Source: Auanema rhodensis
Taxonomy: Eukaryota > Animalia > Nematoda
DNA length: 64,000 nt
NCBI GenBank assembly: GCA_964057225.1
Contig: OZ059894.1
Coordinates: forward strand, 3,472,001-3,536,000
Direction of reading: 5' to 3'
Below the pieces are notes generated by a model, which ran no database searches, was not told the DNA's origin, and was given only the letters and a program-made list of their open reading frames with translations. A program made the translations under genes and the position numbers. This document shows positions 23,701 through 37,100 of the stretch, in pieces. Within the stretch, counting starts at the first letter, position 1. Each line of letters opens with the position of its first letter.

Positions 23701-26700
23701 AAAATCCGCATCGAATGCACTATACTACATTGAGAAACGCTCAATACAAAAATTAGTTATGATCGTTTGAAAAATGATGCATTAGTGTATGTTGAGTTTC
23801 CATGTACACTCAACATTGCTTCCAAAAACATTTTGACAAAAATTTGTTCGAAAAATTTCAAAATAATTTAGCAAAAAGTAGATGTTTTCAGATTTTTTTC
23901 TTTCAAGGCAAAGACGATGGACAATGTTATTCAACGAAAAAATTAATTCTTCAGGGTGAAAATCGAGGATATAAGTGTGAACTTATATCAGTTGATATCT
24001 CGGTGCATTTTTAAGCTAGCGCAAATCTGATAACACAGATCGACGCAGCTTAAAAATCCGCATCGAATGCACTATACTACATTGAGAAACGCTCAATACA
24101 AAAATTAGTTATGATCGTTTGAAAAATGATGCATTAGTGTATGTTGAGTTTCCATGTACACTCAACATTGCTTCCAAAAACATTTTGACAAAAATTTTTT
24201 CGAAAAATTTCAAAATAATTTAGCAAAAAGTAGATGTTTTTAGATTCCTTTTTTCAAGGCAAAGACGATGGACATTGTTATTCAACGAAAAAATTAATTC
24301 TTCAGGGTGAAAATCGAGGATATAAGTGTGAACTTATATCAGTTGATATCTCGGTGCATTTTTAAGCTAGCGCAAATCTGATAAAACAGATCGACGCAGC
24401 TTAAAAATCCGCATCGAATGCACTATACTACATTGAGAAACGCTCAATACAAAAATTAGTTATGATCGTTTGAAAAATGATGCATTAGTGTATGTTGAGT
24501 TTCCATGTACACTCAACATTGCTTCCAAAAACATTTTGACAAAAATTTTTTCGAAAAATTTCAAAATAATTTAGCAAAAAGTAGATGTTTTTAGATTCCT
24601 TTTTTCAAGGCAAAGACGATGGACGATGTTATTCAACAAAAAAATCAATTTTTCAGGGTGAAAATCGAGGATATAAGTGTGAACTTATATCAGTTGATAT
24701 CTCGGTGCATTTTTAAACTAGCGCAAATCTGATAACACAGATCGATGCAGCTTAAAAATCCGCATCGAATGCACTATACTACATTGAGAAACGCTTATTA
24801 CAAAAATTAGTTATGATCGTTTGAAAAATGATGCATTAGTGTATGTTGAGTTTCCATGTACACTCAACATTGCTTCCAAAAACATTTTGACAAAAATTTT
24901 TTCGAAAAATTTCAAAATAATTTAGCAAAAAGTAGATGTTTTTAGATTCCTTTTTTCAAGGCAAAGACGATGGACATTGTTATTCAACGAAAAAATTAAT
25001 TCTTCAGGGTGAAAATCGAGGATATAAGTGTGAACTTATATCAGTTGATATCTCGGTGCATTTTTAAACTAGCGCAAATCTGATAACACAGATCGATGCA
25101 GCTTAAAAATCCGCATCGAATGCACTATACTACATTGAGAAACGCTTATTACAAAAATTAGTTATGATCGTTTGAAAAATGACGCATTAGTGTATGTTGA
25201 GTTTCCATGTACACTCAACATTGCTTCCAAAAACATTTTGACAAAAATTTTTTCGAAAAATTTCAAAATAATTTAGCAAAAAGTAGATGTTTTTAGATTC
25301 CTTTTTTCAAGGCAAAGACGATGGACGATGTTATTCAACGAAAAAATTAATTCTTCAGGGTCAAAATCGAGGATATAAGTGTGAACTTATATCAGTTGAT
25401 ATCTCGGTGCATTTTTCAGCTAGCGCAAATCTGATAACACAGATCGACGCAGCTTAAAAATCCGCATCGAATGCACTATACTACATTGAGAAACGCTCAA
25501 TACAAAAATTAGTTATGATCGTTTGAAAAATGATGCATTAGTGTATGTTGAGTTTCCATGTACACTCAACATTGCTTCCAAAAACATTTTGACAAAAATT
25601 TTTTCGAAAAATTTCAAAATAATTTAGCAAAAAGTAGATGTTTTCAGATTTTTTTTTTTAAGGCAAAGACGATGGACAATGTTATTCAACGAAAAAATTA
25701 ATTCTTCAGGGTGAAAATCGAGGATATAAGTGTGAACTTATATCAGTTGATATCTCGGTGCATTTTTAAGCTAGCGCAAATCTGATAACACAGATCGATG
25801 CAGCTTAAAAATCCGCATCGAATGCACTATACTACATTGAGAAACGCTTAATACAAAAATTAGTTATGATCGTTTGAAAAATGATGCATTAGTGTATGTT
25901 GAGTTTCCATGTACACTCAACATTGCTTCCAAAAACATTTTGACAAAAATTTTTTCGAAAAATTTCAAAATAATTTAGCAAAAAGTAGATGTTTTTAGAT
26001 TCCTTTTTTCAAGGCAAAGACGATGGACATTGTTATTCAACGAAAAAATTAATTCTTCAGGGTGAAAATCGAGGATATAAGTGTGAACTTATATCAGTTG
26101 ATATCTCGGTGCATTTTTAAGCTAGCGCAAATCTGATAACACAGATCGATGCAGCTTAAAAATCCGCATCGAATGCACTATACTACATTGAGAAACGCTT
26201 AATACAAAAATTAGTTATGATCGTTTGAAAAATGATGCATTAGTGTATGTTGAGTTTCCATGTACACTCAACATTGCTTCCAAAAACATTTTGACAAAAA
26301 TTTTTTCGAAAAATTTCAAAATAATTTAGCAAAAAGTAGATGTTTTTAGATTCCTTTTTTCAAGGCAAAGACGATGGACATTGTTATTCAACGAAAAAAT
26401 TAATTCTTCAGGGTGAAAATCGAGGATATAAGTGTGAACATATATCAGTTGATATCTCGGTGCATTTTTAAGCTAGCGCAAATCTGATAACACAGATCGA
26501 TGCAGCTTAAAAATCCGCATCGAATGCACTATACTACATTGAGAAACGCTTAATACAAAAATTAGTTATGATCGTTTGAAAAATGATGCATTAGTGTATG
26601 TTGAGTTTCCATGTACACTCAACATTGCTTCCAAAAACATTTTGACAAAAATTTTTTCGAAAAATTTCAAAATAATTTAGCAAAAAGTAGATGTTTTTAG

Positions 26701-29700
26701 ATTCCTTTTTTCAAGGCAAAGACGATGGACGATGTTATTCAACGAAAAAATTAATTCTTCAGGGTCAAAATCGAGGATATAAGTGTGAACTTATATCAGT
26801 TGATATCTCGGTGCATTTTTAAGCTAGCGCAAATCTGATAACAAAGATCGACGCAGCTTAAAAATCCGCATCGAATGCACTATACTACATTGAGAAACGC
26901 TCAATACAAAAATTAGTTATGATCGTTTGAAAAATGATGCATTAGTGTATGTTGAGTTTCCATGTACACTCAACATTGCTTCCAAAAACATTTTGACAAA
27001 AATTTGTTCGAAAAATTTCAAAATAATTTAGCAAAAAGTAGATGTTTTTAGATTCCTTTTTTCAAGGCAAAGACGATGGACATTGTTATTCAACGAAAAA
27101 ATTAATTCTTCAGGGTGAAAATCGAGGATATAAGTGTGAACATATATCAGTTGATATCTCGGTGCATTTTTAAGCTAGCGCAAATCTGATAACACAGATC
27201 GACGCAGCTTAAAAATCCGCATCGAATGCACTATACTACATTGAGAAACGCTTAATACAAAAATTAGTTATGATCGTTTGAAAAATGATGCATTAGTGTA
27301 TGTTGAGTTTCCATGTACACTCAACATTGCTTCCAAAAACATTTTGACAAAAATTTGTTCGAAAAATTTCAAAATAATTTAGCAAAAAGTAGATGTTTTT
27401 AGATTCCTTTTTTCAAGGCAAAGACGATGGACGATGTTATTCAACGAAAAAATTAATTCTTCAGGGTCAAAATCGAGGATATAAGTGTGAACTTATATCA
27501 GTTGATATCTCGGTGCATTTTTAAGCTAGCGCAAATCTGATAACACAGATCGACGCAGCTTAAAAATCCGCATCGAATGCACTATACTACATTGAGAAAC
27601 GCTCAATACAAAAATTAGTTATGATCGTTTGAAAAATGATGCATTAGTGTATGTTGAGTTTCCATGTACACTCAACATTGCTTCCAAAAACATTTTGACA
27701 AAAATTTGTTCGAAAAATTTCAAAATAATTTAGCAAAAAGTAGATGTTTTTAGATTCCTTTTTTCAAGGCAAAGACGATGGACGATGTTATTCAACGAAA
27801 AAAATAATTCTTCAGGGTCAAAATCGAGGATATAAGTGTGAACTTATATCAGTTGATATCTCGGTGCATTTTTAAGCTAGCGCAAATCTGATAACACAGA
27901 TCGACGCAGCTTAAAAATCCGCATCGAATGCACTATACTACATTGAGAAACGCTCAATACAAAAATTAGTTATGATCGTTTGAAAAATGATGCATTAGTG
28001 TATGTTGAGTTTCCATGTACACTCAACATTGCTTCCAAAAACATTTTGACAAAAATTTGTTCGAAAAATTTCAAAATAATTTAGCAAAAAGTAGATGTTT
28101 TCAGATTTTTTTCTTTCAAGGCAAAGACGATGGACAATGTTATTCAACGAAAAAATTAATTCTTCAGGGTGAAAATCGAGGATATAAGTGTGAACTTATA
28201 TCAGTTGATATCTCGGTGCATTTTTAAGCTAGCGCAAATCTGATAACACAGATCGACGCAGCTTAAAAATCCGCATCGAATGCACTATACTACATTGAGA
28301 AACGCTCAATACAAAAATTAGTTATGATCGTTTGAAAAATGATGCATTAGTGTATGTTGAGTTTCCATGTACACTCAACATTGCTTCCAAAAACATTTTG
28401 ACAAAAATTTTTTCGAAAAATTTCAAAATAATTTAGCAAAAAGTAGATGTTTTTAGATTCCTTTTTTCAAGGCAAAGACGATGGACATTGTTATTCAACG
28501 AAAAAATTAATTCTTCAGGGTGAAAATCGAGGATATAAGTGTGAACTTATATCAGTTGATATCTCGGTGCATTTTTAAGCTAGCGCAAATCTGATAAAAC
28601 AGATCGACGCAGCTTAAAAATCCGCATCGAATGCACTATACTACATTGAGAAACGCTCAATACAAAAATTAGTTATGATCGTTTGAAAAATGATGCATTA
28701 GTGTATGTTGAGTTTCCATGTACACTCAACATTGCTTCCAAAAACATTTTGACAAAAATTTGTTCGAAAAATTTCAAAATAATTTAGCAAAAAGTAGATG
28801 TTTTTAGATTCCTTTTTTCAAGGCAAAGACGATGGACGATGTTATTCAACGAAAAAATTAATTCTTCAGGGTCAAAATCGAGGATATAAGTGTGAACTTA
28901 TATCAGTTGATATCTCGGTGCATTTTTAAGCTAGCGCAAATCTGATAACACAGATCGACGCAGCTTAAAAATCCGCATCGAATGCACTATACTACATTGA
29001 GAAACGCTCAATACAAAAATTAGTTATGATCGTTTGAAAAATGATGCATTAGTGTATGTTGAGTTTCCATGTACACTCAACATTGCTTCCAAAAACATTT
29101 TGACAAAAATTTGTTCGAAAAATTTCAAAATAATTTAGCAAAAAGTAGATGTTTTTAGATTCCTTTTTTCAAGGCAAAGACGATGGACGATGTTATTCAA
29201 CGAAAAAATTAATTCTTCAGGGTCAAAATCGAGGATATAAGTGTGAACTTATATCAGTTGATATCTCGGTGCATTTTTAAGCTAGCGCAAATCTGATAAC
29301 ACAGATCGACGCAGCTTAAAAATCCGCATCGAATGCACTATACTACATTGAGAAACGCTCAATACAAAAATTAGTTATGATCGTTTGAAAAATGATGCAT
29401 TAGTGTATGTTGAGTTTCCATGTACACTCAACATTGCTTCCAAAAACATTTTGACAAAAATTTGTTCGAAAAATTTCAAAATAATTTAGCAAAAAGTAGA
29501 TGTTTTCAGATTTTTTTCTTTCAAGGCAAAGACGATGGACAATGTTATTCAACGAAAAAATTAATTCTTCAGGGTGAAAATCGAGGATATAAGTGTGAAC
29601 TTATATCAGTTGATATCTCGGTGCATTTTTAAGCTAGCGCAAATCTGATAACACAGATCGACGCAGCTTAAAAATCCGCATCGAATGCACTATACTACAT

Positions 29701-32508
29701 TGAGAAACGCTCAATACAAAAATTAGTTATGATCGTTTGAAAAATGATGCATTAGTGTATGTTGAGTTTCCATGTACACTCAACATTGCTTCCAAAAACA
29801 TTTTGACAAAAATTTTTTCGAAAAATTTCAAAATAATTTAGCAAAAAGTAGATGTTTTTAGATTCCTTTTTTCAAGGCAAAGACGATGGACATTGTTATT
29901 CAACGAAAAAATTAATTCTTCAGGGTGAAAATCGAGGATATAAGTGTGAACTTATATCAGTTGATATCTCGGTGCATTTTTAAGCTAGCGCAAATCTGAT
30001 AAAACAGATCGACGCAGCTTAAAAATCCGCATCGAATGCACTATACTACATTGAGAAACGCTCAATACAAAAATTAGTTATGATCGTTTGAAAAATGATG
30101 CATTAGTGTATGTTGAGTTTCCATGTACACTCAACATTGCTTCCAAAAACATTTTGACAAAAATTTTTTCGAAAAATTTCAAAATAATTTAGCAAAAAGT
30201 AGATGTTTTTAGATTCCTTTTTTCAAGGCAAAGACGATGGACGATGTTATTCAACAAAAAAATCAATTTTTCAGGGTGAAAATCGAGGATATAAGTGTGA
30301 ACTTATATCAGTTGATATCTCGGTGCATTTTTAAACTAGCGCAAATCTGATAACACAGATCGATGCAGCTTAAAAATCCGCATCGAATGCACTATACTAC
30401 ATTGAGAAACGCTTATTACAAAAATTAGTTATGATCGTTTGAAAAATGATGCATTAGTGTATGTTGAGTTTCCATGTACACTCAACATTGCTTCCAAAAA
30501 CATTTTGACAAAAATTTTTTCGAAAAATTTCAAAATAATTTAGCAAAAAGTAGATGTTTTTAGATTCCTTTTTTCAAGGCAAAGACGATGGACATTGTTA
30601 TTCAACGAAAAAATTAATTCTTCAGGGTGAAAATCGAGGATATAAGTGTGAACTTATATCAGTTGATATCTCGGTGCATTTTTAAACTAGCGCAAATCTG
30701 ATAACACAGATCGATGCAGCTTAAAAATCCGCATCGAATGCACTATACTACATTGAGAAACGCTTATTACAAAAATTAGTTATGATCGTTTGAAAAATGA
30801 CGCATTAGTGTATGTTGAGTTTCCATGTACACTCAACATTGCTTCCAAAAACATTTTGACAAAAATTTTTTCGAAAAATTTCAAAATAATTTAGCAAAAA
30901 GTAGATGTTTTTAGATTCCTTTTTTCAAGGCAAAGACGATGGACATTGTTATTCAACGAAAAAATTAATTCTTCAGGGTGAAAATCGAGGATATAAGTGT
31001 GAACTTATATCAGTTGATATCTCGGTGCATTTTTAAGCTAGCGCAAATCTGATAACACAGACCGACGCAGCTTAAAAATCCGCATCGAATGCACTATACT
31101 ACATTGAGAAACGCTTAATACAAAAATTAGTTATGATCGTTTGAAAAATGATGCATTAGTGTATGTTGAGTTTCCATGTACAATCAACATTGCTTCCAAA
31201 AACATTTTGACAAAAATTTTTTCGAAAAATTTCAAAATAATTCAGCAAAAAGTAGATGTTTTTAGATTCCTTTTTTCAAGGCAAAGACGATGGACGATGT
31301 TATTCAACAAAAAAATTAATTTTTCAGGGTGAAAATCGAGGATATAAGTGTGAACTTATATCAGTTGATATCTCGGTGCATTTTTAAGCTAGCGCAAATC
31401 TGATAACACAGATCGATGCAGCTTAAAAATCCGCATCGAATGCACTATACTACATTGAGAAACGCTTGATACAAAAATTAGTTATGATCGTTTGAAAAAT
31501 GATGCATTAGTGTATGTTGAGTTTCCATGTACACTCAACATTGCTTCCAAAAACATTTTGACAAAAATTTTTTCGAAAAATTTCAAAATAATTTAGCAAA
31601 AAGTAGATGTTTTTAGATTCCTTTTTTCAAGGCAAAGACGATGGACATTGTTATTCAACGAAAAAATTAATTCTTCAGGGTGAAAATCGAGGATATAAGT
31701 GTGAACTTATATCAGTTGATATCTCGGTGCATTTTTAAGCTAGCGCAAATCTGATAACACAGACCGACGCAACTTAAAAATCCGCATCGAATGCACTATA
31801 CTACATTGAGAAACGCTTAATACAAAAATTAGTTATGATCGTTTGAAAAATGATGCATTAGTGTATGTTGAGTTTCCATGTACAATCAACATTGCTTCCA
31901 AAAACATTTTGACAAAAATTTTTTCGAAAAATTTCAAAATAATTTAGCAAAAAGTAGATGTTTTTAGATTCCTTTTTTCAAGGCAAAGACGATGGACGAT
32001 GTTATTCAACGAAAAAATTAATTCTTCAGGGTCAAAATCGAGGATATAAGTGTGAACTTATATCAGTTGATATCTCGGTGCATTTTTAAGCTAGCGCAAA
32101 TCTGATAACACAGACCGACGCAACTTAAAAATCCGCATCGAATGCACTATACTACATTGAGAAACGCTCAATACAAAAATTAGTTATGATCGTTTGAAAA
32201 ATGATGCATTAGTGTATGTTGAGTTTCCATGTACACTCAACATTGCTTCCAAAAACATTTTGACAAAAATTTTTTCGAAAAATTTCAAAATAATTTAGCA
32301 AAAAGTAGATGTTTTTAGATTCCTTTTTTCAAGGCAAAGACGATGGACATTGTTATTCAACGAAAAAATTAATTCTTCAGGGTGAAAATCGAGGATATAA
32401 GTGTGAACTTATATCAGTTGATATCTCGGTGCATTTTTAAGCTAGCGCAAATCTGATAACACAGATCGACGCAGCTTAAAAATCCGCATCGAATGCACTA
32501 TACTACAT
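11776..32508 (+). repeat. SatB: 351-bp satellite, ~59 monomers
   Basis: The marker ttcttcaggg lies at 12011 and 12362 and so on (period 351). Monomers are highly homogeneous except around 15.0-16.2 kb. Confidence 0.98.
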
Positions 32509-32510
32509 GA

Positions 32511-34130
32511 ACACATGATGTGCACTTGGTATGTAACTCGCTTCACGTGAAAGATAAAGGGATGCGGTTTTCAAAATTAGATTCCCCATGTCCATATAAG
32601 TCTAAAAACAAATTTTTATTGATATTGGTGCATGGTAACCATGACTTTGAAATTTACGTGAACTTTAATTTATGCTAATTGGTATGTAACTCGCTTCACG
32701 TGAAAGATAAAGAGATGCGGTTTTCAAAATTAGATTCCCCATGTCCATATAAGTCCAAAAACGAATTTTTCTTGATATTGGTGCATGGCAACCATGACTT
32801 TGAAATTTACGTGAACTTTAATTTATGCTAATTAAGTGTACACGTGATGTGCACTTGGTATGTAACTCGCTTCACGTGAAAGATAAAGAGATGCGGTTTT
32901 TAAAATTAGATTCCCCATGTCCATATTAGTCTAAAAACAAATTTTTATTGATATTGGTGCATGGTAACCATGACTTTAAAATTTACGTGAACTTTAATTT
33001 ATGCTAATTAAGTGTACACATGATGTGCACTTGGTATGTAACTCGCTTCACGTCAAAGATAAAGAGATGCGGTTTTCAAAATTAGATTCCTCATGTCCAT
33101 ATTAGTCTAAAAACGAATTTTTATTGATATTGGTGCATGGTAACCATGACTTTGAAATTTACGTGAACTTTAATTTATGCTAATTAAGTGTACACATGAT
33201 GTGCACTTGGTATGTAACTCGCTTCACGTCAAAGATAAAGAGATGCGGTATTTAAAATTAGATTCCCCATGTCCATATTAGTCTAAAAACGAATTTTTAT
33301 TGATATTGGTGCATGGTAACCATGACTTTGAAATTTACGTGAACTTTAATTTATGCTAATTAAGTGTACACATGATGTGCGCTTGGTATGTAACTCGCTT
33401 CACGTCAAAGATAAAGAGATGCGGTATTTAAAATTAGATTCCCCATGTCCATATTAGTCTAAAAACAAATTTTTATTAATATTGGTGCATGGTAACCATG
33501 ACTTTGAAATTTACGTGAACTTTAATTTATGCTAATTAAGTGTACACATAATGTGCGCTTGGTATGTAACTCGCTTCACGTGAAAGATAAAGAGATGCGG
33601 TTTTCAAAATTAGATTCCCCATTTCCATATTAGTCTAAAAACGAATTTTTATTGATATTGATGCATGGTAACCATGACTTTGAAATTTACGTGAACTTTA
33701 ATTTATGCTAATTAAGTGTACACATGATGTGCACTTGGTATGTAACTTGCTTCACGTGAAAGATAAAGGGATGCGGTTTTCAAAATTAGATTCCCTATGT
33801 CCATATTAGTCTAAAAACAAATTTTTATTGATATTGGTGCATGGCAACCATGACTTTAAAATTTACGTGAACTTTAATTTATGCTAATTAAGTGTACACA
33901 TGATGTGCACTTGGTATGTAACTCGCTTCACGTCAAAGATAAAGAGATGCGGTTTTCAAAATTAGATTCCCCATGTCCATATTAGTCTAAAAACAAATTT
34001 TTATTAATATTGGTGCTTGGTAACCATGACTTTGAAGTTTACGTGAACTTTAATTTATGCTAATTAAGTGAGCACATGATGTGCACTTGGTATGTAACTC
34101 GCTTCACGTGAAAGATAAAGAGATGTGGTT
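32511..34130 (-). repeat. SatC inverted block (~9 monomers of the 176-bp satellite)
   Basis: Reverse complement of the monomer that fills 34.13-64 kb, e.g. gatgcggttttcaaaattagattcccc versus ggggaatctaattttgaaaaccgcatc. Confidence 0.97.
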
Positions 34131-37100
34131 ACCATGCACCAATATCAATAAAAATTTGTTTTTAGACTTATATGGACATGGGGATCTCTTTATCTTTGAT
34201 GGGGATCTCTTTATCTTTAAAGTCATGGTTACCATGCACCAATATTAATAGAAATTCGTTTTTAGACTAATATGGACATGGGGAATCTAATTTTGAAAAC
34301 CGCATCCCTTTATCTTTCACGTGAAGCGAGTTACATACCAAGTGCACATCACGTGTACACTTAATTAGCATAAATTAAAGTTCACGTAAATTTCAAAGTC
34401 ATGGTTACCATGCACCAATATCAATAAAAATTCGTTTTTAGACTAATATGGACATGAGGAATCTAATTTTGAAAACCGCATCTCTTTATCTTTGACGTGA
34501 AGCGAGTTACATACCAAGTGCACATCATGTGTACACTTAATTAGCATAAATTAAAGTTCACGTAAATTTTAAAGTCATGGTTACCATGCACCTATATCAA
34601 TAAAAATTTGTTTTTAGACTAATATGGACATGGGGAATCTAATTTTAAAAACCGCATCTCTTTATCTTTCACGTGAAGCGAGTTACATACCAAGTGCACA
34701 TCACGTGTACACTTAATTAGCATAAATTAAAGTTCACGTAAATTTCAAAGTCATGGTTGCCATGCACCAATATCAAGAAAAATTCGTTTTTGGACTTATA
34801 TGGACATGGGGAATCTAATTTTGAAAACCGCATCTCTTTATCTTTCACGTGAAGCGAGTTACATACCAATTAGCATAAATTAAAGTTCACGTAAATTTCA
34901 AAGTCATGGTTACCATGCACCAATATCAATAAAAATTTGTTTTTAGACTTATATGGACATGGGGAATCTAATTTTGAAAACCGCATCCCTTTATCTTTCA
35001 CGTGAAGCGAGTTACATACCAAGTGCACATCACGTGTACATTTAATTAGCATAAATTAAAGTTCACGTAAATTTCAAAGTCATGGTTACCATGCACCAAT
35101 AATAATAAAAATTTGTTTTTAGACTAACATGGAAATGGGGAATCTAATTTTGAAAACCGCATCTCTTTATCTTTCACGTGAAGCGAGTTACATACCAATT
35201 AGCATAAATTAAAGTTCACGTAAATTTCAAAGTCATGGTTACCAGGCACCAATATCAATAAAAATTTGTTTTTAGACTTATATGGACATGGGGAATCTAA
35301 TTTTGAAAACCGCATCCCTTTATCTTTCACGTGAAGCGAGTTACATACCAAGTGCACATCACGTGTACATTTAATTAGCATAAATTAAAGTTCACGTAAA
35401 TTTCAAAGTCATGGTTACCATGCACCAATAATAATAAAAATTTGTTTTTAGACTAACATGGAAATGGGGAATCTAATTTTGAAAACCGCATCTCTTTATC
35501 TTTCACGTGAAGCGAGTTACATACCAAGTGCACATCATGTGTACACTTAATTAGCATAAATTAAAGTTCACGTAAATTTCAAAGTCCTGGTTGCCATGCA
35601 CCAATATCAAGAAAAATTCGTTTTTGGACTTATATGGACATGGGGAATCTAATTTTGAAAACCGCATCTCTTTATCTTTCACGTGAAGCGAGTTACATAC
35701 CAATTAGCATAAATTAAAGTTCACGTAAATTTCAAAGTCATGGTTACCATGCACCAATATCAATAAAAATTTGTTTTTAGACTAACATGGAAATGGGGAA
35801 TCTAATTTTAAAAACCGCATCTCTTTATCTTTCACGTGAAGCGAGTTACATACCAAGTGCACATCACGTGTACACTTAATTAGCATAAATTAAAGTTCAC
35901 GTAAATTTCAAAGTCATGGTTGCCATGCACCAATATCAAGAAAAATTCGTTTTTGGACTTATATGGACATGGGGAATCTAATTTTGAAAACCGCATCTCT
36001 TTATCTTTCACGTGAAGCGAGTTACATACCAATTAGCATAAATTAAAGTTCACGTAAATTTCAAAGTCATGGTTACCATGCACCAATATCAATAAAAATT
36101 TGTTTTTAGACTTATATGGACATGGGGAATCTAATTTTGAAAACCGCATCCCTTTATCTTTCACGTGAAGCGAGTTACATACCAAGTGCACATCACGTGT
36201 ACACTTAATTAGCATAAATTAAAGTTCACGTAAATTTCAAAGTCATGGTTGCCATGCACCAATATCAAGAAAAATTCGTTTTTGGACTTATATGGACATG
36301 GGGAATCTAATTTTGAAAACCGCATCTCTTTATCTTTCACGTGAAGCGAGTTACATACCAATTAGCATAAATTAAAGTTCACGTAAATTTCAAAGTCATG
36401 GTTACCATGCACCAATATCAATAAAAATTTGTTTTTAGACTTATATGGACATGGGGAATCTAATTTTGAAAACCGCATCCCTTTATCTTTCACGTGAAGC
36501 GAGTTACATACCAAGTGCACATCACGTGTACATTTAATTAGCATAAATTAAAGTTCACGTAAATTTCAAAGTCATGGTTACCATGCACCAATAATAATAA
36601 AAATTTGTTTTTAGACTAACATGGAAATGGGGAATCTAATTTTGAAAACCGCATCTCTTTATCTTTCACGTGAAGCGAGTTACATACCAAGTGCACATCA
36701 TGTGTACACTTAATTAGCATAAATTAAAGTTCACGTAAATTTCAAAGTCATGGTTACCATGCACCAATAATAATAAAAATTTGTTTTTAGACTAATATGG
36801 ACATGGGGAATCTAATTTTGAAAACCGCATCTCTTTATCTTTGACGTGAAGCGAGTTACATACCAAGTGCACATCATGTGTACACTTAATTAGCATAAAT
36901 TTAAGTTCACGTAAATTTTAAAGTCATGGTTGCCATGCACCAATATCAATAAAAATTTGTTTTTAGACTAACATGGAAATGGGGAATCTAATTTTGAAAA
37001 CCGCATCTCATTATCTTTCACGTGAAGCGAGTTACATACCAAGCGCACATCATGTGTACACTTAATTAGCATAAATTTAAGTTCACGTAAATTTCAAAGT

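Noticed and set aside
14990-36544. 60-79 aa ORFs in SatB and SatC
   Set aside because: They occur only where a monomer variant removes a stop codon, and they have no recognisable domains.
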